DNA of 64,000 nucleotides from an uncultured virus (IMG/VR IMGVR_UViG_3300046336_000146) (IMGVR_UViG_3300046336_000146), one strand, 5' to 3'. Shown: positions 18,701 through 28,814, counted from the stretch's first letter. The notes: generated by a model not told the origin, from the letters alone. Translations and numbers: made by a program.

Positions 18701-21379
18701 ATCGGCCACCTGTATTGCATTAGGTTTTCCTGTATCGCGTAACTTTTGAACAAGCCCGTTACCTTTATCAAATTGGCTCCAAAAAGCATTATTATAAGAA
18801 ATACGAGTGTTCATTTTTAAAAACTCAGCTTTTTCATTTTTGTCAAGTTTGCTCAACATTTTATCAATAAAGCTTTGAGGAATAGGCGGTTTTTTTATAC
18901 CACTCATAGCTGCAGTAGCTTCTGCATCCTGGTATTTCTTCATTCGCGCTCTATTATATTTACTTAACTCATAAACAGTTAGAACTTTTTCTTTTATTTT
19001 TGGATTCTTTATACTGTTATACGTTGCTAGGTCCATCTCAATCTCTCCTTCGTCATTTAAAGATAGGCTTGGAAGCAGTATTCCGTCCTCGTTATAAGGA
19101 GATGCATATTTTTGTTGATTTCGGTTTAACTTCATTAATTCATCATTATCTTCTTTTGAAGCTCCCCCGTTCTCTCGTATTTTATTCATAATATTACTTT
19201 TATTTTTAGCAATATCATTTAAAAATCTTCTAGTTAACTCACTAAAATCTTTTGTTAAGTTATCTATTTCATCTCTTTCTACTTTAGTTAGTTTGTCTAC
19301 TAACATTCCGCTTTTTTTAATCTTTTCTCCTGACTTGAAATAAAAACTGTTCTTGTCTTTTTGATTAAGTTTCTTAATTAATTCATCTTCTGTATCTAAA
19401 AAATCTTTTGGTGAAACATCTTCACCTGTAATTTCTGTATAAGCTTCCGCTTTAAATTTAGCCTGTTCTAAGTAAAAACTTTCCCAGTCATACTCTGATA
19501 AGAAGTAATAACCATCCTTAAATGTTTTTAAGGCATCTGCAATACTTTCCTCCTCAAAACCTAAAGATTTAGCTTTATTAATAAACTCACTCTGTCTTCT
19601 ATCAAACTGTATAATCTCCTCCCTTTTTGCATCTGAAATAACAGTACCTAGGATAGCTAAAATAGCATTATTTGCTTGGGCCAAACTGCCATATAATGCA
19701 TAGAACTGATTAGTGTCCCTTTGAACAGTGCGCATCTCTGCCATAAAGACTTCCTTCATTGCATCAGACATCCCTGTTTGCTCTACAACTTTATCTGCCA
19801 AGGCATTAAAAGTAGCTTCGTTTTCTTGGTTTAATGCAGCAGAAAGGTCGCTCAATGAAGTAATTGTACTAGAAACGTCCTCAAGTACTTTTTGCTTTAA
19901 GATAAGATTGTTTTTAACATTAGTTTCAACTACGTCTTTCAATCCCTCCAAAGTTGGTAAAAGTTCTTTTAAAGCTGTGTCGTACACCGCTTGTTCTTCT
20001 CTTGATAGAAACCCTTCTTGTCTGCCTCTCTTGTTAAGATAATTGACTTTTAGTTTAATCATGTTAGAGATACCTGTAATAGCTTTAAGTTGTTGAATCT
20101 CTTCTAAATTCTCTATATCCATAGAAGATAAAGTAAAGCTGTTATCTCTTCCTGTCATGTTATCTAACCTAGTAAATTTTTCAATCACTCGTGTCAAATA
20201 ATCATAAACAGGTTCTTTAGGATTTGCTTGATACATTACAAGCTTGTTTCCTTCAAACTGTTCAGGTCTTAATTCTGAGTACAACTCTTCGGCCATTATT
20301 TTCTTTAGAATATCTTCAGAAAATTGGTCCAACTGTACTTGATATTCAGGTCTAAATAAGTCTCTCACACTTTTGAAAAACTTTGCTATCATGGCCTGTA
20401 ATCTACTAACAACTGATTGCCCTTGTAAAGTTGATTGTTGAAGTCTATTTTTTAAAACTTTACCTAATATTTCTCTTCTTACTTGCGCCTCGTTTTGATA
20501 TATCTCAAAATATTGTTGAGAATATTGTTTCCACTCATCTGTCTTGTGAATCATGTCTAAAAGAGGTTGTAACTCATTTTGGTCTAAAGCTTCCACAACA
20601 AAGTGCATCACTTCTTCCGTTAAGGCATCCTCTGTCACTTCACCATTAGCAAAAGCTATAATTCTATTAGATATATCCGCCAAAGCATTTGGAGAAGGAT
20701 TTTCTCCTGTTCTTTTCTTATAAGCTTTTTCCCAAGACTCTAAAGACATAGTTTTTATCCCTAGTTGTTGCATTAGAGTTTTTAATTTGGCCATTAAAAC
20801 TGTATCTGAAGGGATATCTACAGATTGGTCCACAATTCTGTCATTACCAAAAGTAGGAGTGTTCTCCTCTACAGTTTGGGTTGCAAGTAGACTAACAGCT
20901 GTATCTTCCCCAAAAGACTTTTTATTTTTGTTAAAATCTCTAGATACTTCTGTCTTAGGTGACTGTTTTTTTACAGAGATATTTCCGTTAGAAGTCACTC
21001 TCCCTTTTATAGTTTCCGAAGCAATTTGTGCATTAACTAATTTTTTATTTAAAGTTTTTCCTGCGGTCACAAAAACCTCTTCCCCAGAAGGAGTTAACTC
21101 TTTTTCAGAAGATAGAATGCCTTGTCTAACTAAATCATTTATATCTCCTTTATTATCAACTTCTGCTACATTAATACCCGCAATGTCAATTTTTATTTTA
21201 TCATTTAAAGGGGTATTTTTTACTGCCTCTTCGTAGGTATCAAACCCGTTAAAAGTTGCTTTTGGTTCCTCTACTTTAGCAGGAGTTGATGTATTTAACC
21301 TACGTTCTTGAGAGATAACTTTTTTTATATCCTCTAAACTATTGTATTGTACGCCTCTATATGTCGGTCTACAGCTCAT
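15734..21379 (-). CDS. giant internal virion (cargo/ejection) protein, 1881 aa
   Basis: helical-looking, C-terminal hydrophobic segments, degenerate zincin motif TEEVMHF, single Cys at residue 3; position matches crAss-like cargo genes. Confidence 0.75.
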   Translation of the reverse strand: MSCRPTYRGVQYNSLEDIKKVISQERRLNTSTPAKVEEPKATFNGFDTYEEAVKNTPLNDKIKIDIAGINVAEVDNKGDINDLVRQGILSSEKELTPSGEEVFVTAGKTLNKKLVNAQIASETIKGRVTSNGNISVKKQSPKTEVSRDFNKNKKSFGEDTAVSLLATQTVEENTPTFGNDRIVDQSVDIPSDTVLMAKLKTLMQQLGIKTMSLESWEKAYKKRTGENPSPNALADISNRIIAFANGEVTEDALTEEVMHFVVEALDQNELQPLLDMIHKTDEWKQYSQQYFEIYQNEAQVRREILGKVLKNRLQQSTLQGQSVVSRLQAMIAKFFKSVRDLFRPEYQVQLDQFSEDILKKIMAEELYSELRPEQFEGNKLVMYQANPKEPVYDYLTRVIEKFTRLDNMTGRDNSFTLSSMDIENLEEIQQLKAITGISNMIKLKVNYLNKRGRQEGFLSREEQAVYDTALKELLPTLEGLKDVVETNVKNNLILKQKVLEDVSSTITSLSDLSAALNQENEATFNALADKVVEQTGMSDAMKEVFMAEMRTVQRDTNQFYALYGSLAQANNAILAILGTVISDAKREEIIQFDRRQSEFINKAKSLGFEEESIADALKTFKDGYYFLSEYDWESFYLEQAKFKAEAYTEITGEDVSPKDFLDTEDELIKKLNQKDKNSFYFKSGEKIKKSGMLVDKLTKVERDEIDNLTKDFSELTRRFLNDIAKNKSNIMNKIRENGGASKEDNDELMKLNRNQQKYASPYNEDGILLPSLSLNDEGEIEMDLATYNSIKNPKIKEKVLTVYELSKYNRARMKKYQDAEATAAMSGIKKPPIPQSFIDKMLSKLDKNEKAEFLKMNTRISYNNAFWSQFDKGNGLVQKLRDTGKPNAIQVADEIEAKRNQLKNILKEFRFYNNPSQIDYEDMGRGELDTVKQISEVLEVLYEKAKTHYKKEAEEEKISFSEAVVNDAYKAQIEDRGISQIDSEEVYKERLDFILRHVTSQNMSRILKGAEQLIEYKKGHVKGLRKSVEKFHNRSQGLDFSNGSIEIYEDIIEYAESYMLPYFKELKPEGLNIQEVVGDLTEARTEAEFTQIIENSKYLSITPSYALIDVQDNERLNPEYVKLFDAKKPMINLDYRVASGKQIFKNKKFEERFGGGRNAKEKELLDLTMKFWEDSIESANMTKQFNKYQLPGIRRGDMARKHQLIKNFSIKNLKEQIKDITTVREDEAIYGQSIDNINLQTVLKGSLVVPKIGFSKLDSAEEVTDELLYSLMLTASEAEKRKQRVQALGKVEAIKTKLRAESFGDKQGEATTTYKMADDFIRYNIYGQTETLTASTNFFGVLNEKVNVVPTIKNFQGWVRLVNLGFSVLTPLTSFLQGSANFISENIVGDRINKEASKIASKKAGKLVKDAVGEQFLSTLKAKGELNTLLQFFGLESPAERYKNSNYGRALRGLAISKSAFFTHYMGDVPLTAQTLLTVLHDFKVVDVTDDKGNVIEKKLQSYSEWRNENRAIKMAKNEAPLTESEAKNIWKTNENYLYNFIEQEKDTEGEIIGTKMSDEYYKTFSGKEDYANDRLNFVKRKIQTVKQEIDNQVSSEDKSNIQRHAIYSFVALHKGFLITSITRRFKDRHLSLYANQFEEGSYKGASNFLGAFIRGGLKGDLKKIWREQYKEFDGGYKMVTKNEGGVDTYYILDTNKPANQQQVIKTTDKKYADLSYAELKIQMTNMRQTSLKRTLADILITTSLATIALLFKGLADDDDDDYTKEFLAYMTYRLAVETTSQSTGLPGQAFSFLESPTTGLSQIQNILDIGDLSSGEIITRGTYRGYSERQAWLYKSLPGLKEYFKIVNIDRTRTSFEFFNKHYIDNFNFASLMFDTESKK

Positions 21380-21398
21380 TTTTTATAATTTTATAATG

Positions 21399-21430
21399 CA
21401 AATATAGACTATCTACATCAATTTTGCAAA
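21399..21430 (-). promoter_or_regulatory. Bacteroidetes sigma-type promoter
   Basis: TTTG (21430-21427), 20-nt spacer, TATATTTG (21406-21399). Confidence 0.7.
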
Positions 21431-21452
21431 TAGTCTATGTTTATTGTTAATT

Positions 21453-24032
21453 TTAAATTCCACAAGATATTTTATTTTCGTCCGTATAAGTAATAATTCC
21501 TTGAGATATCAGTTCGTCTATTTCTTCGTCTGTTACTTCTTGGTCTCTTAAATTCTCACCTTTCAATAAATCTACTCCCACAGCTTCTGCGTATTGACCT
21601 AAAGTTAGATTAGTAACTTGTTCAGAACTCATTTGAGTAAGACTTAACATTTTTGCAATTTCACTCCACACTTCTTTTAACCAATCTACTATACCTCCTT
21701 TTTTAGTCTCTAGTAGTTCGGCCCCTTTACGTCCTGTTAGTTCAGTTAAGATTTCTTCTAGAAGAGCTTCCCCTTTTAGGTTTGGCTGTGTAGATTTAAC
21801 ATAGTCAATGATGTCTTTTATTTCACTATTTTCTTTTGTTAACTCTGCTTTTACTAGTTCAATACCTTTGTTGTAAAGCTTAGGTTTATTTTCTTTTAGC
21901 CAAGAGTTAAATAAATGCGAGAATTCGTGGAGACTTGTCTCGTTTGTCGCTAGGTCTGAATTTAAATACACTTCATTTTTGTAAACAAAACCGTTTACAG
22001 TAGGAGTTATTCCTAAAGCACCTAAATCTTTTTGGAACTGAATTTGTTCTTCTATTGTAATTGCATTTTCATCAAATATTACATATCCATACCCCTCTTT
22101 CTTACCTTTTGTTATAGGTTCCTCCGACATAGGATAACGCATTCCATCAATTCCTTTGCTATATAAAAACTCTGAAACTTTTTTCTCACTAATTAATCGC
22201 TTTTTTAATTCTTGGTACAATTCTTTTCCATTTACATTGTAGTCACTACTACCTAATGTTTTTATCAAAATATCATTTGACACTTGACTATTCCAATCTA
22301 TAAAATTATCATTTAACTTTACTTGGTATTTATATCTTCCGTCTATTGATATATTTTCTTTGTTTTCAACCGCTTCTCTTAAAGTTTCTAACCCTTGTAC
22401 AAAATCCTCACCAAAGAAATTTTCTAAAAATTCTCTTTCATTTAAACTATTATTAATTGTTTCTAAGAACTCGGAATCACTTAATTTGTTATCTATTTTA
22501 TTAGTTACGTAATATTTTGATGCGGTAGAATTAAGTTTTACACCATCTATATTTACTATAGGATTTTGAGAAAAGTAATTAGCAACTCCACTTTCAGATG
22601 TGAAATAAAAACCATAACCAAAAAAAGTTCCAAACCTTTGTCCTATAAAACTTTTATTAAATCTTGAAAATTTAGTATCTGATACGTGGTATGCTAGAAC
22701 TTGCTTTCTAGTTTTTGCATCTACTCCTAACTCTTTTAGTTTGTTAGCTATTTCCTTAGAAGATAGTTGGAATATGTTTTCTGCTAGTCCATTTTCTTTT
22801 AATCTGTCTATAACTTCTTTTTCGGCGAGTTGTCCTTTATTTCCTCCTTTTTTAAATCTTATGTCATTTGTCTCTGTTGAAAATGTTCCTATGTTTTCTT
22901 CCGCAGATTTTATTGAATTTTCATTCCCGTCAAAAACTAAAAACACATCACCTATTAACTCTCGATTTAAGTCCTCAACATCTTGAGTGAAAGCATCTAC
23001 AATATTTTTAGCGTGAACTCCATCTACTTTTTCTACACCAAATTTACCTTCCTTTAGAAATTCCATAGCATCTCTGTTTTTTGCTGTTTTATACCCTGCG
23101 TCTACTTGAAGGTTATTCCAGGCCTCTATATTGCTTTCTCCTTTAGCATTAAACTCTTTAATATTTTTTAAATTAAGAAAAACAGGGTATACTTTTCCCC
23201 TTTTTGAATTTTGAAGTAACTCTATTTCTCTTTCCGCAACATCAAAATCTCTATTACTTCTTGAAGAATCTCTAACATTTTTCCACTTATTAATTTCTTT
23301 GTCTATTTCATCTAAGTACTCTTTAGATAAATTACCTTTAGAATACATTTCTGACAATTTTATATTTGTTGCAAAGTAGGTACCAAATTCCTTTAAACTA
23401 GATTTTTGCCTAACTGAACTTTCTCTATTGAACTCTGTAATTTTACTGTAAGGGCTGCCATGAAACACAATTAAAGGTTCAAGCGTTTTTTCATCTATGA
23501 CTTGACTTACATTATATTTAGTTAAGTACTCAGATAAACTTAACTCTTCCTCCATTATATACTCTTTCACCGCTTTTTCCCAATTACCAAACCAATTTTT
23601 AAAATCTTGGGTCCTAACTTGTAACCATTGTTGTTCATTTAACTTTGTAGGTAACCCAAACGGATTCTCCATAAAAGTTCCATCTGCAATGGCTTTATCT
23701 TTTATGCTTTTTACTTCTTGTGATATATCTGTAACTGCCTCTCCTAACTCAGTATCAACATTATTTTTTTCTTCAATAATTTTAAATAGGGTATCATCAG
23801 TTTCTAAATAACTTCTTAAATTTTTTACATCTTCATACTCTTTTGGTACAAGCAGTTCGTCTGTGCTTTGACCTACTTCCTCTTTTAACTTATTTAATTC
23901 GTCATTTAATTTTTCTATCTCTTGAACAACTATTGTTGCAAGGGCCTCTTTTTCAAGTAACCCTTGGTTTATTAAATTATTATACTCAGCTTCCAATGAT
24001 GGGTAGTGCTCTTTTATACAGTTTAGTGCCAT
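21453..24032 (-). CDS. polyvalent cargo protein: two ART-PolyVal-like ADP-ribosyltransferase domains plus zincin metallopeptidase (MPTase)
   Basis: FKNWFG...PLIVFHGS...GTYFA...VYPVFLN...DGV...IKSA..N.GTF; second YHVS..F..F....G.GFYFT...GIDG..Y...YVIFD; NGFVYKNEVYLN...SLHEFSH...EE. Confidence 0.75.
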   Translation of the reverse strand: MALNCIKEHYPSLEAEYNNLINQGLLEKEALATIVVQEIEKLNDELNKLKEEVGQSTDELLVPKEYEDVKNLRSYLETDDTLFKIIEEKNNVDTELGEAVTDISQEVKSIKDKAIADGTFMENPFGLPTKLNEQQWLQVRTQDFKNWFGNWEKAVKEYIMEEELSLSEYLTKYNVSQVIDEKTLEPLIVFHGSPYSKITEFNRESSVRQKSSLKEFGTYFATNIKLSEMYSKGNLSKEYLDEIDKEINKWKNVRDSSRSNRDFDVAEREIELLQNSKRGKVYPVFLNLKNIKEFNAKGESNIEAWNNLQVDAGYKTAKNRDAMEFLKEGKFGVEKVDGVHAKNIVDAFTQDVEDLNRELIGDVFLVFDGNENSIKSAEENIGTFSTETNDIRFKKGGNKGQLAEKEVIDRLKENGLAENIFQLSSKEIANKLKELGVDAKTRKQVLAYHVSDTKFSRFNKSFIGQRFGTFFGYGFYFTSESGVANYFSQNPIVNIDGVKLNSTASKYYVTNKIDNKLSDSEFLETINNSLNEREFLENFFGEDFVQGLETLREAVENKENISIDGRYKYQVKLNDNFIDWNSQVSNDILIKTLGSSDYNVNGKELYQELKKRLISEKKVSEFLYSKGIDGMRYPMSEEPITKGKKEGYGYVIFDENAITIEEQIQFQKDLGALGITPTVNGFVYKNEVYLNSDLATNETSLHEFSHLFNSWLKENKPKLYNKGIELVKAELTKENSEIKDIIDYVKSTQPNLKGEALLEEILTELTGRKGAELLETKKGGIVDWLKEVWSEIAKMLSLTQMSSEQVTNLTLGQYAEAVGVDLLKGENLRDQEVTDEEIDELISQGIITYTDENKISCGI

Positions 24033-24034
24033 TA

Positions 24035-24268
24035 TTATATGATAAATGTTTTTAATGTTAATTTAACTATCTCTATAATTTCGTAGTCAAAATCGTATTC
24101 AAAGTTGTACTCTTCTCTAAATCTTTTCTTATTAGAAGAACCTCCTTTTATAATTTCCTCTATTTCTTCTGCGTAACTCAAATAGCCATTTACAGCTATA
24201 GCTAGTCTCTTTTTCTTATGCTTACTTAGATAGCCATCTGTTGCTACTTCTAGGCTTCTTACACTCAT
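24035..24268 (-). CDS. hypothetical protein
   Basis: 77 aa with an internal A.DGYLS/A.NGYLS repeat; tight packing. Confidence 0.6.
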   Translation of the reverse strand: MSVRSLEVATDGYLSKHKKKRLAIAVNGYLSYAEEIEEIIKGGSSNKKRFREEYNFEYDFDYEIIEIVKLTLKTFII

Positions 24269-24270
24269 AG

Positions 24271-24858
24271 TTATTGTCTTTCCACAGAAGTAAAGGTTTC
24301 TCCGTTACCTCCTATTCTTAATTCTATATCTCCTGCGGTCCTTGTGGATGTTGTTACCTCCATAGGATTATTAATGTCAAGGCCTTGTATTTTATGTAAT
24401 TCATCCACTTTTAAAGAGAATGTACTATTACTATCCAATTCTTGTCTTATCTCCTCCGCTGTTGGTGGTATTACGTATGGCGCACTTCCTGTGCTGAATG
24501 AAATAGCTTGCACTGGTTGTTGGTAGTTAATCCTAACAGTATAAGCACCTATTGTATTGATGAAAGGGTCACCACCACCATTCACCAAAAGAATACCATC
24601 ATTAATTGTCAAAGTATGATTTGCCTCTTGAGGTTTTATTTTCCAGCCATTTTCTAAGAACGAGTATATAGGTATTTTAGTCCCTTGTGTTGGGTCAATA
24701 TCATCCCCTCCCACCGTTTTAAAGGCGGGAAGAAACTTACTATTATCATCTGTTAAAAACCAATCAACCCAATCACTCCATAACCTTCTTACAGATACAG
24801 AAGTTGTACCTGTAGTCAATGTTATAGTCTTTGTTGTTCCATTAAAAATTGCTCCCAT
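24271..24858 (-). CDS. putative virion structural protein
   Basis: beta-rich 195 aa; its N-terminus resembles that of the 450-aa neighbour (..TKTITL...V.V..LWS..VD.). Confidence 0.65.
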   Translation of the reverse strand: MGAIFNGTTKTITLTTGTTSVSVRRLWSDWVDWFLTDDNSKFLPAFKTVGGDDIDPTQGTKIPIYSFLENGWKIKPQEANHTLTINDGILLVNGGGDPFINTIGAYTVRINYQQPVQAISFSTGSAPYVIPPTAEEIRQELDSNSTFSLKVDELHKIQGLDINNPMEVTTSTRTAGDIELRIGGNGETFTSVERQ

Positions 24859-24860
24859 AA

Positions 24861-26213
24861 TTAAGCTGTGTAACTTCTATCATTTTCTGCTACTAACGAT
24901 ATACCTTGACCTGTAGCTCTTGTTATTGTATAATTTGTAACTACTGGTTTTGCACTTCCTTTATTACCTGCAACTACTGTAACTTGTGCATCTGTTCCTG
25001 GGGTCCTACTTCCCTGATTATTTGAATCGTACGCAAAAGAAAATGGTATAGATGCTCCTGTAATTGTCCCAAAAATACCTACTCCACTAGCATTGTTTAC
25101 TGTTATTGCACTCGCATTCCCATAGTCATTACTTCCTGCTAAATCTGTAAAATACATTCTGTAGTACCCTGTACCTCCTGACGTTAAGAACGAATTAAAA
25201 TTTATAGTTCCTGTAGCAGTAAATGGTTCTGTTCTTTGTACTCCGTTTTTATCAGTAAATACTAAACGGTTTACGTCATTTGCGTTGTAGTTATCAATAT
25301 ATACACCTGTTTTTGTTATTAAAGTGTCTCCTACAAACTCTAATAATAAATTAGCTGTTTTACCTACTACTGTACCTGCTCCTGTATCAATATCTGTTCC
25401 TTGTCGAAGTAAGTATTGTATTTTAGTGTAAATCTGTTCTGCTGTAGCATTCGCACCATCAATAATAACTCTAAAAGGGTATGAAGTGCCCCCAATAGTC
25501 CTGTTTTGATCTGTTGCAAAATATTCTACATCAATATTAGTATAAGGTAATATTGAAGATACTGTTGCATCGTTAGCTTGTATTTTTAAATCATCTTCAT
25601 TTGATAAAAGTAAATTTACAATATAGGCACCTGTTGCAGTTTTACCTGTGTCAGCTAATATTGAATCTTTATATTTTTTCCCTTGTTCACGAACATATCC
25701 TTTAAAGTAAGTACGATTATCAAAGTTACCATTGGTAGCATCTCCATAAATCTGAATACCTTCATTTACTTCATCCGTAAATGTAAAGTTAGCTGATGTG
25801 CCGCCGCTTGATTTTTGGTAGTACAATTGTGCACCTGTATTCACATCTCCAAGTGAAACAATACCTACATATTGTCTTTGCAATACACCTGCACTTGAAA
25901 ATTCTGACCAACCACCATCTCTAAGGGCTTGTCTTGTAGCATCATTTGCAGGCTTCCAACCACTAAATGTTTGGCCGTCTGTACCTATTTGGAACTGCCC
26001 ACTAAGAGCATCAATTGAATAGAATCCAAATGGAAATTTATTGTAAGTAGTTGTTTCCCACAGTTGTACAAATTTAGAGTATAACGCTTGTAGGGTTACA
26101 CCGTCTTTATATACTAAATTACCTGTTTCATTTAAGGTAAATGTTTTTGCAGTTGTGTCTATTGTTAATTCTACTCCCACATTTAACTGGGAGGGGTTTA
26201 CTATTTTAGCCAT
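24861..26213 (-). CDS. putative virion structural protein
   Basis: 450 aa, Thr/Gly/Asn-rich, beta composition. Confidence 0.7.
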   Translation of the reverse strand: MAKIVNPSQLNVGVELTIDTTAKTFTLNETGNLVYKDGVTLQALYSKFVQLWETTTYNKFPFGFYSIDALSGQFQIGTDGQTFSGWKPANDATRQALRDGGWSEFSSAGVLQRQYVGIVSLGDVNTGAQLYYQKSSGGTSANFTFTDEVNEGIQIYGDATNGNFDNRTYFKGYVREQGKKYKDSILADTGKTATGAYIVNLLLSNEDDLKIQANDATVSSILPYTNIDVEYFATDQNRTIGGTSYPFRVIIDGANATAEQIYTKIQYLLRQGTDIDTGAGTVVGKTANLLLEFVGDTLITKTGVYIDNYNANDVNRLVFTDKNGVQRTEPFTATGTINFNSFLTSGGTGYYRMYFTDLAGSNDYGNASAITVNNASGVGIFGTITGASIPFSFAYDSNNQGSRTPGTDAQVTVVAGNKGSAKPVVTNYTITRATGQGISLVAENDRSYTA

Positions 26214-26218
26214 CGTTA

Positions 26219-28798
26219 TTAATTTATAAAGTTTCTATCTGTTATTTGTGCAATTGGTAAACTTGCGTTGTTTGATTGTAAATTGTAATTTCTAATGTAA
26301 AATGGAACATATCCTGCTTTTGATACAAATATGTCAATTAAAGTAGGTGTTTCGTATGTGTGAATCCAAGTACTACCTGTATTTTGGTCAACTTGGTTTA
26401 ATACGGTTTCTGTTCCCGCTTGGAGTATTACTACGTCTGAACCACTAATAATATTAGTTAGTGTGAGATTAAAAGTGTCTAAAGGATAATTGTAACCTTG
26501 GGCAACTGTAGAACTTACTGTAGTGATGTACAAAGATGTTATTGCTGTTGTATTTGTTACTGTTGTGGTAATTCTAATTTTTAGTTTAACACCTTTTTGA
26601 GCATCAATACCTGTTTCTGCAAATAAGTTTGCTGCTGATAATGTTTTTAAAGTTCCGTAGCCATTACCATCGTTTTTATTTAGTTGGTATTGTAAATTGT
26701 AGTTACCAATTGTACCACCTGCCATAATTGGAGCAGTATTTGCAAAACTCAAATGACCTAATGCAAAATAAGGCATTTCAAATTCAATTGATTGTCCTAT
26801 TGTTGGCATATATAAACCTCCTGCTGATGTAAATATTGGCGTTCCTGCTAAGATATTATAAGATGAAGCTGATAATGGTGTAGATGTTTTTTCATTCATT
26901 AAAACACCTATTCTACCTACTGTTGCTGATGTAAAATAATCAATAAAGTGTGTGCCATAACAAGCAGTTTGCGCTGTTAATGGATGTGTTGCACCAATCC
27001 CTTTTGTAATAGTATTTAACATAGGAGTAGTAGGTGCATCTGCATAATCTCCTGCTGTGTTTTCAATGAATATATTTGTAGAGGAGTTATCTCCAGTCCA
27101 TAAGCCTGTCCTAGTATTTGAAACAAAACATCTTTGTACTTTTACATTATTGGTAGCAGCTCCTGTTGACAATACAAATAAGTACGCACCTCCATTTGTT
27201 GCTCCTAATGATAATGGTGTTGTTCTATTTCCAATATTTCTAAGTTTAATATTTGTACAACCTGCTGCTGCAATATTTAAAACCCCTAAATAAGGATTTA
27301 CATCTGTTAAATTAAAAAAATCTAATCCTGAAAAAATCATATTTGAACAACTAGCTGAGATTTCATGTACGTAACTATTCTGTACGGCAGTTGTAGTAGT
27401 AGTTCCTGTTATTACGTCACAATACGATGTGTTTGTAACATTTATATTGGTACAAGTTGTGAATACCATTCTTCCGTTAATTAATTTAGGACTTGTCCAA
27501 GTACAATCAACTGCTCTAGTTACTGTTGAATTACCTGTCGTGGCGTGTCCTTTCAGTGTCAATGCTGTTTGTCTGTCATTTATAAATGTAAACCCGTTTA
27601 TATCTGTTAATGAGTTAGTATAGTTACCTGTTGCAGCTAAGTTTGCTCTAGTCCAATGACAATTTGTAAATGTGCCACCTGCAAAACATAACGACATTAA
27701 TAATGCAAATTGAGATTGTGCTGCTGATTGTCCTACACCTACATTAGTCCAAGTCATTGGAGCAGCAATCTCTGAAACTAAGACTTGCTCAAATGTTCCA
27801 CTATTACTAATATTTACAGAATATGCTTGACTAAATGACCAATACCAAGCTGAGTGACATTTATCAATTTCAATTACCCCTCCACCTGTTGTGGTAAAAT
27901 CATATCTTGTGGCTAAAGTTGCATTTGGTGCGGAATTCAATGAAGCACCACTTGCACCTCTAGTTGTATTAATAAACAAAATATTTGGCAATACTATCTT
28001 TAAACCTGCGGGTGGTGTATATCCTGCATTTGCAGTACCATTGTGACCAATTCTTAATAATCCTGTTCCTGAAATCCAACAAACTTTTGCACGTATGTCT
28101 GTACCAACTGCTGTTTGCGAACCTGCACAAGGGTATAATTCATATTGTCCTGTACCGACTCCTGTTTCGATATATACGCCTGGATGTATAATTACAGCAT
28201 TCCAACCTGGTAATTGTATTTGTTGGTTGGCAACTCCTGATGTAGTTCCTACATCATACCATTCTCCTGTTACTCTAAACGTTCCCAATCGTGGTACTGT
28301 CATTGTTGCTGTTTCTGAACCTATGACTTCAATCCAACCAACTGTATCTGCACCTGTAGCATTTGCACCAATTCCTGTTAAGGCTCCTGATGTAAAATTA
28401 CCCCCTACCTTATTCTTTACTTTTATAAATCCTGACGTTGGCATAGCTGAACCTGCTGACGTTGGCGATACGTTAACTGCCGACATTACAGTAAGTACTG
28501 TTGCGGTGACTCCACCTTGCGATATTGTTGCGCCAATTGCAGGAACGTTTCCTGTACCACTATTAAAAGGAATAAGTCTGACTTTTGTTCCATCAACGTG
28601 TACTTCTCCTCCTAATGTAGCAGAAATATTTACTGTATCTAAACTTCCTTGTGCAGTACTATGATTTAAACAATATCTAGTATCAGTATCAATTGTTAAT
28701 TTACCACCATTGATGTTATATACATCTAATGTTGCAATTGCACTACCTCCTGTTAATGTCTCGTAATTTGTGGGTGTTGTAATCGTAAATGTTGCGAT
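26219..28798 (-). CDS. putative tail spike / beta-helix structural protein (about 859 aa, non-canonical ATC start)
   Basis: frame stays open 104 codons upstream of ATG28486 to ATC GCA ACA TTT ACG (M-A-T-F-T); AGAAAGGAGG lies 6 nt upstream. Confidence 0.7.
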   Translation of the reverse strand: MATFTITTPTNYETLTGGSAIATLDVYNINGGKLTIDTDTRYCLNHSTAQGSLDTVNISATLGGEVHVDGTKVRLIPFNSGTGNVPAIGATISQGGVTATVLTVMSAVNVSPTSAGSAMPTSGFIKVKNKVGGNFTSGALTGIGANATGADTVGWIEVIGSETATMTVPRLGTFRVTGEWYDVGTTSGVANQQIQLPGWNAVIIHPGVYIETGVGTGQYELYPCAGSQTAVGTDIRAKVCWISGTGLLRIGHNGTANAGYTPPAGLKIVLPNILFINTTRGASGASLNSAPNATLATRYDFTTTGGGVIEIDKCHSAWYWSFSQAYSVNISNSGTFEQVLVSEIAAPMTWTNVGVGQSAAQSQFALLMSLCFAGGTFTNCHWTRANLAATGNYTNSLTDINGFTFINDRQTALTLKGHATTGNSTVTRAVDCTWTSPKLINGRMVFTTCTNINVTNTSYCDVITGTTTTTAVQNSYVHEISASCSNMIFSGLDFFNLTDVNPYLGVLNIAAAGCTNIKLRNIGNRTTPLSLGATNGGAYLFVLSTGAATNNVKVQRCFVSNTRTGLWTGDNSSTNIFIENTAGDYADAPTTPMLNTITKGIGATHPLTAQTACYGTHFIDYFTSATVGRIGVLMNEKTSTPLSASSYNILAGTPIFTSAGGLYMPTIGQSIEFEMPYFALGHLSFANTAPIMAGGTIGNYNLQYQLNKNDGNGYGTLKTLSAANLFAETGIDAQKGVKLKIRITTTVTNTTAITSLYITTVSSTVAQGYNYPLDTFNLTLTNIISGSDVVILQAGTETVLNQVDQNTGSTWIHTYETPTLIDIFVSKAGYVPFYIRNYNLQSNNASLPIAQITDRNFIN

Positions 28799-28804
28799 AA
28801 TTTG

Positions 28805-28814
28805 CCTCCTTTCT
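28805..28814 (-). promoter_or_regulatory. strong Shine-Dalgarno sequence AGAAAGGAGG
   Basis: + strand CCTCCTTTCT; 6-nt spacing to ATC28798. Confidence 0.65.
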
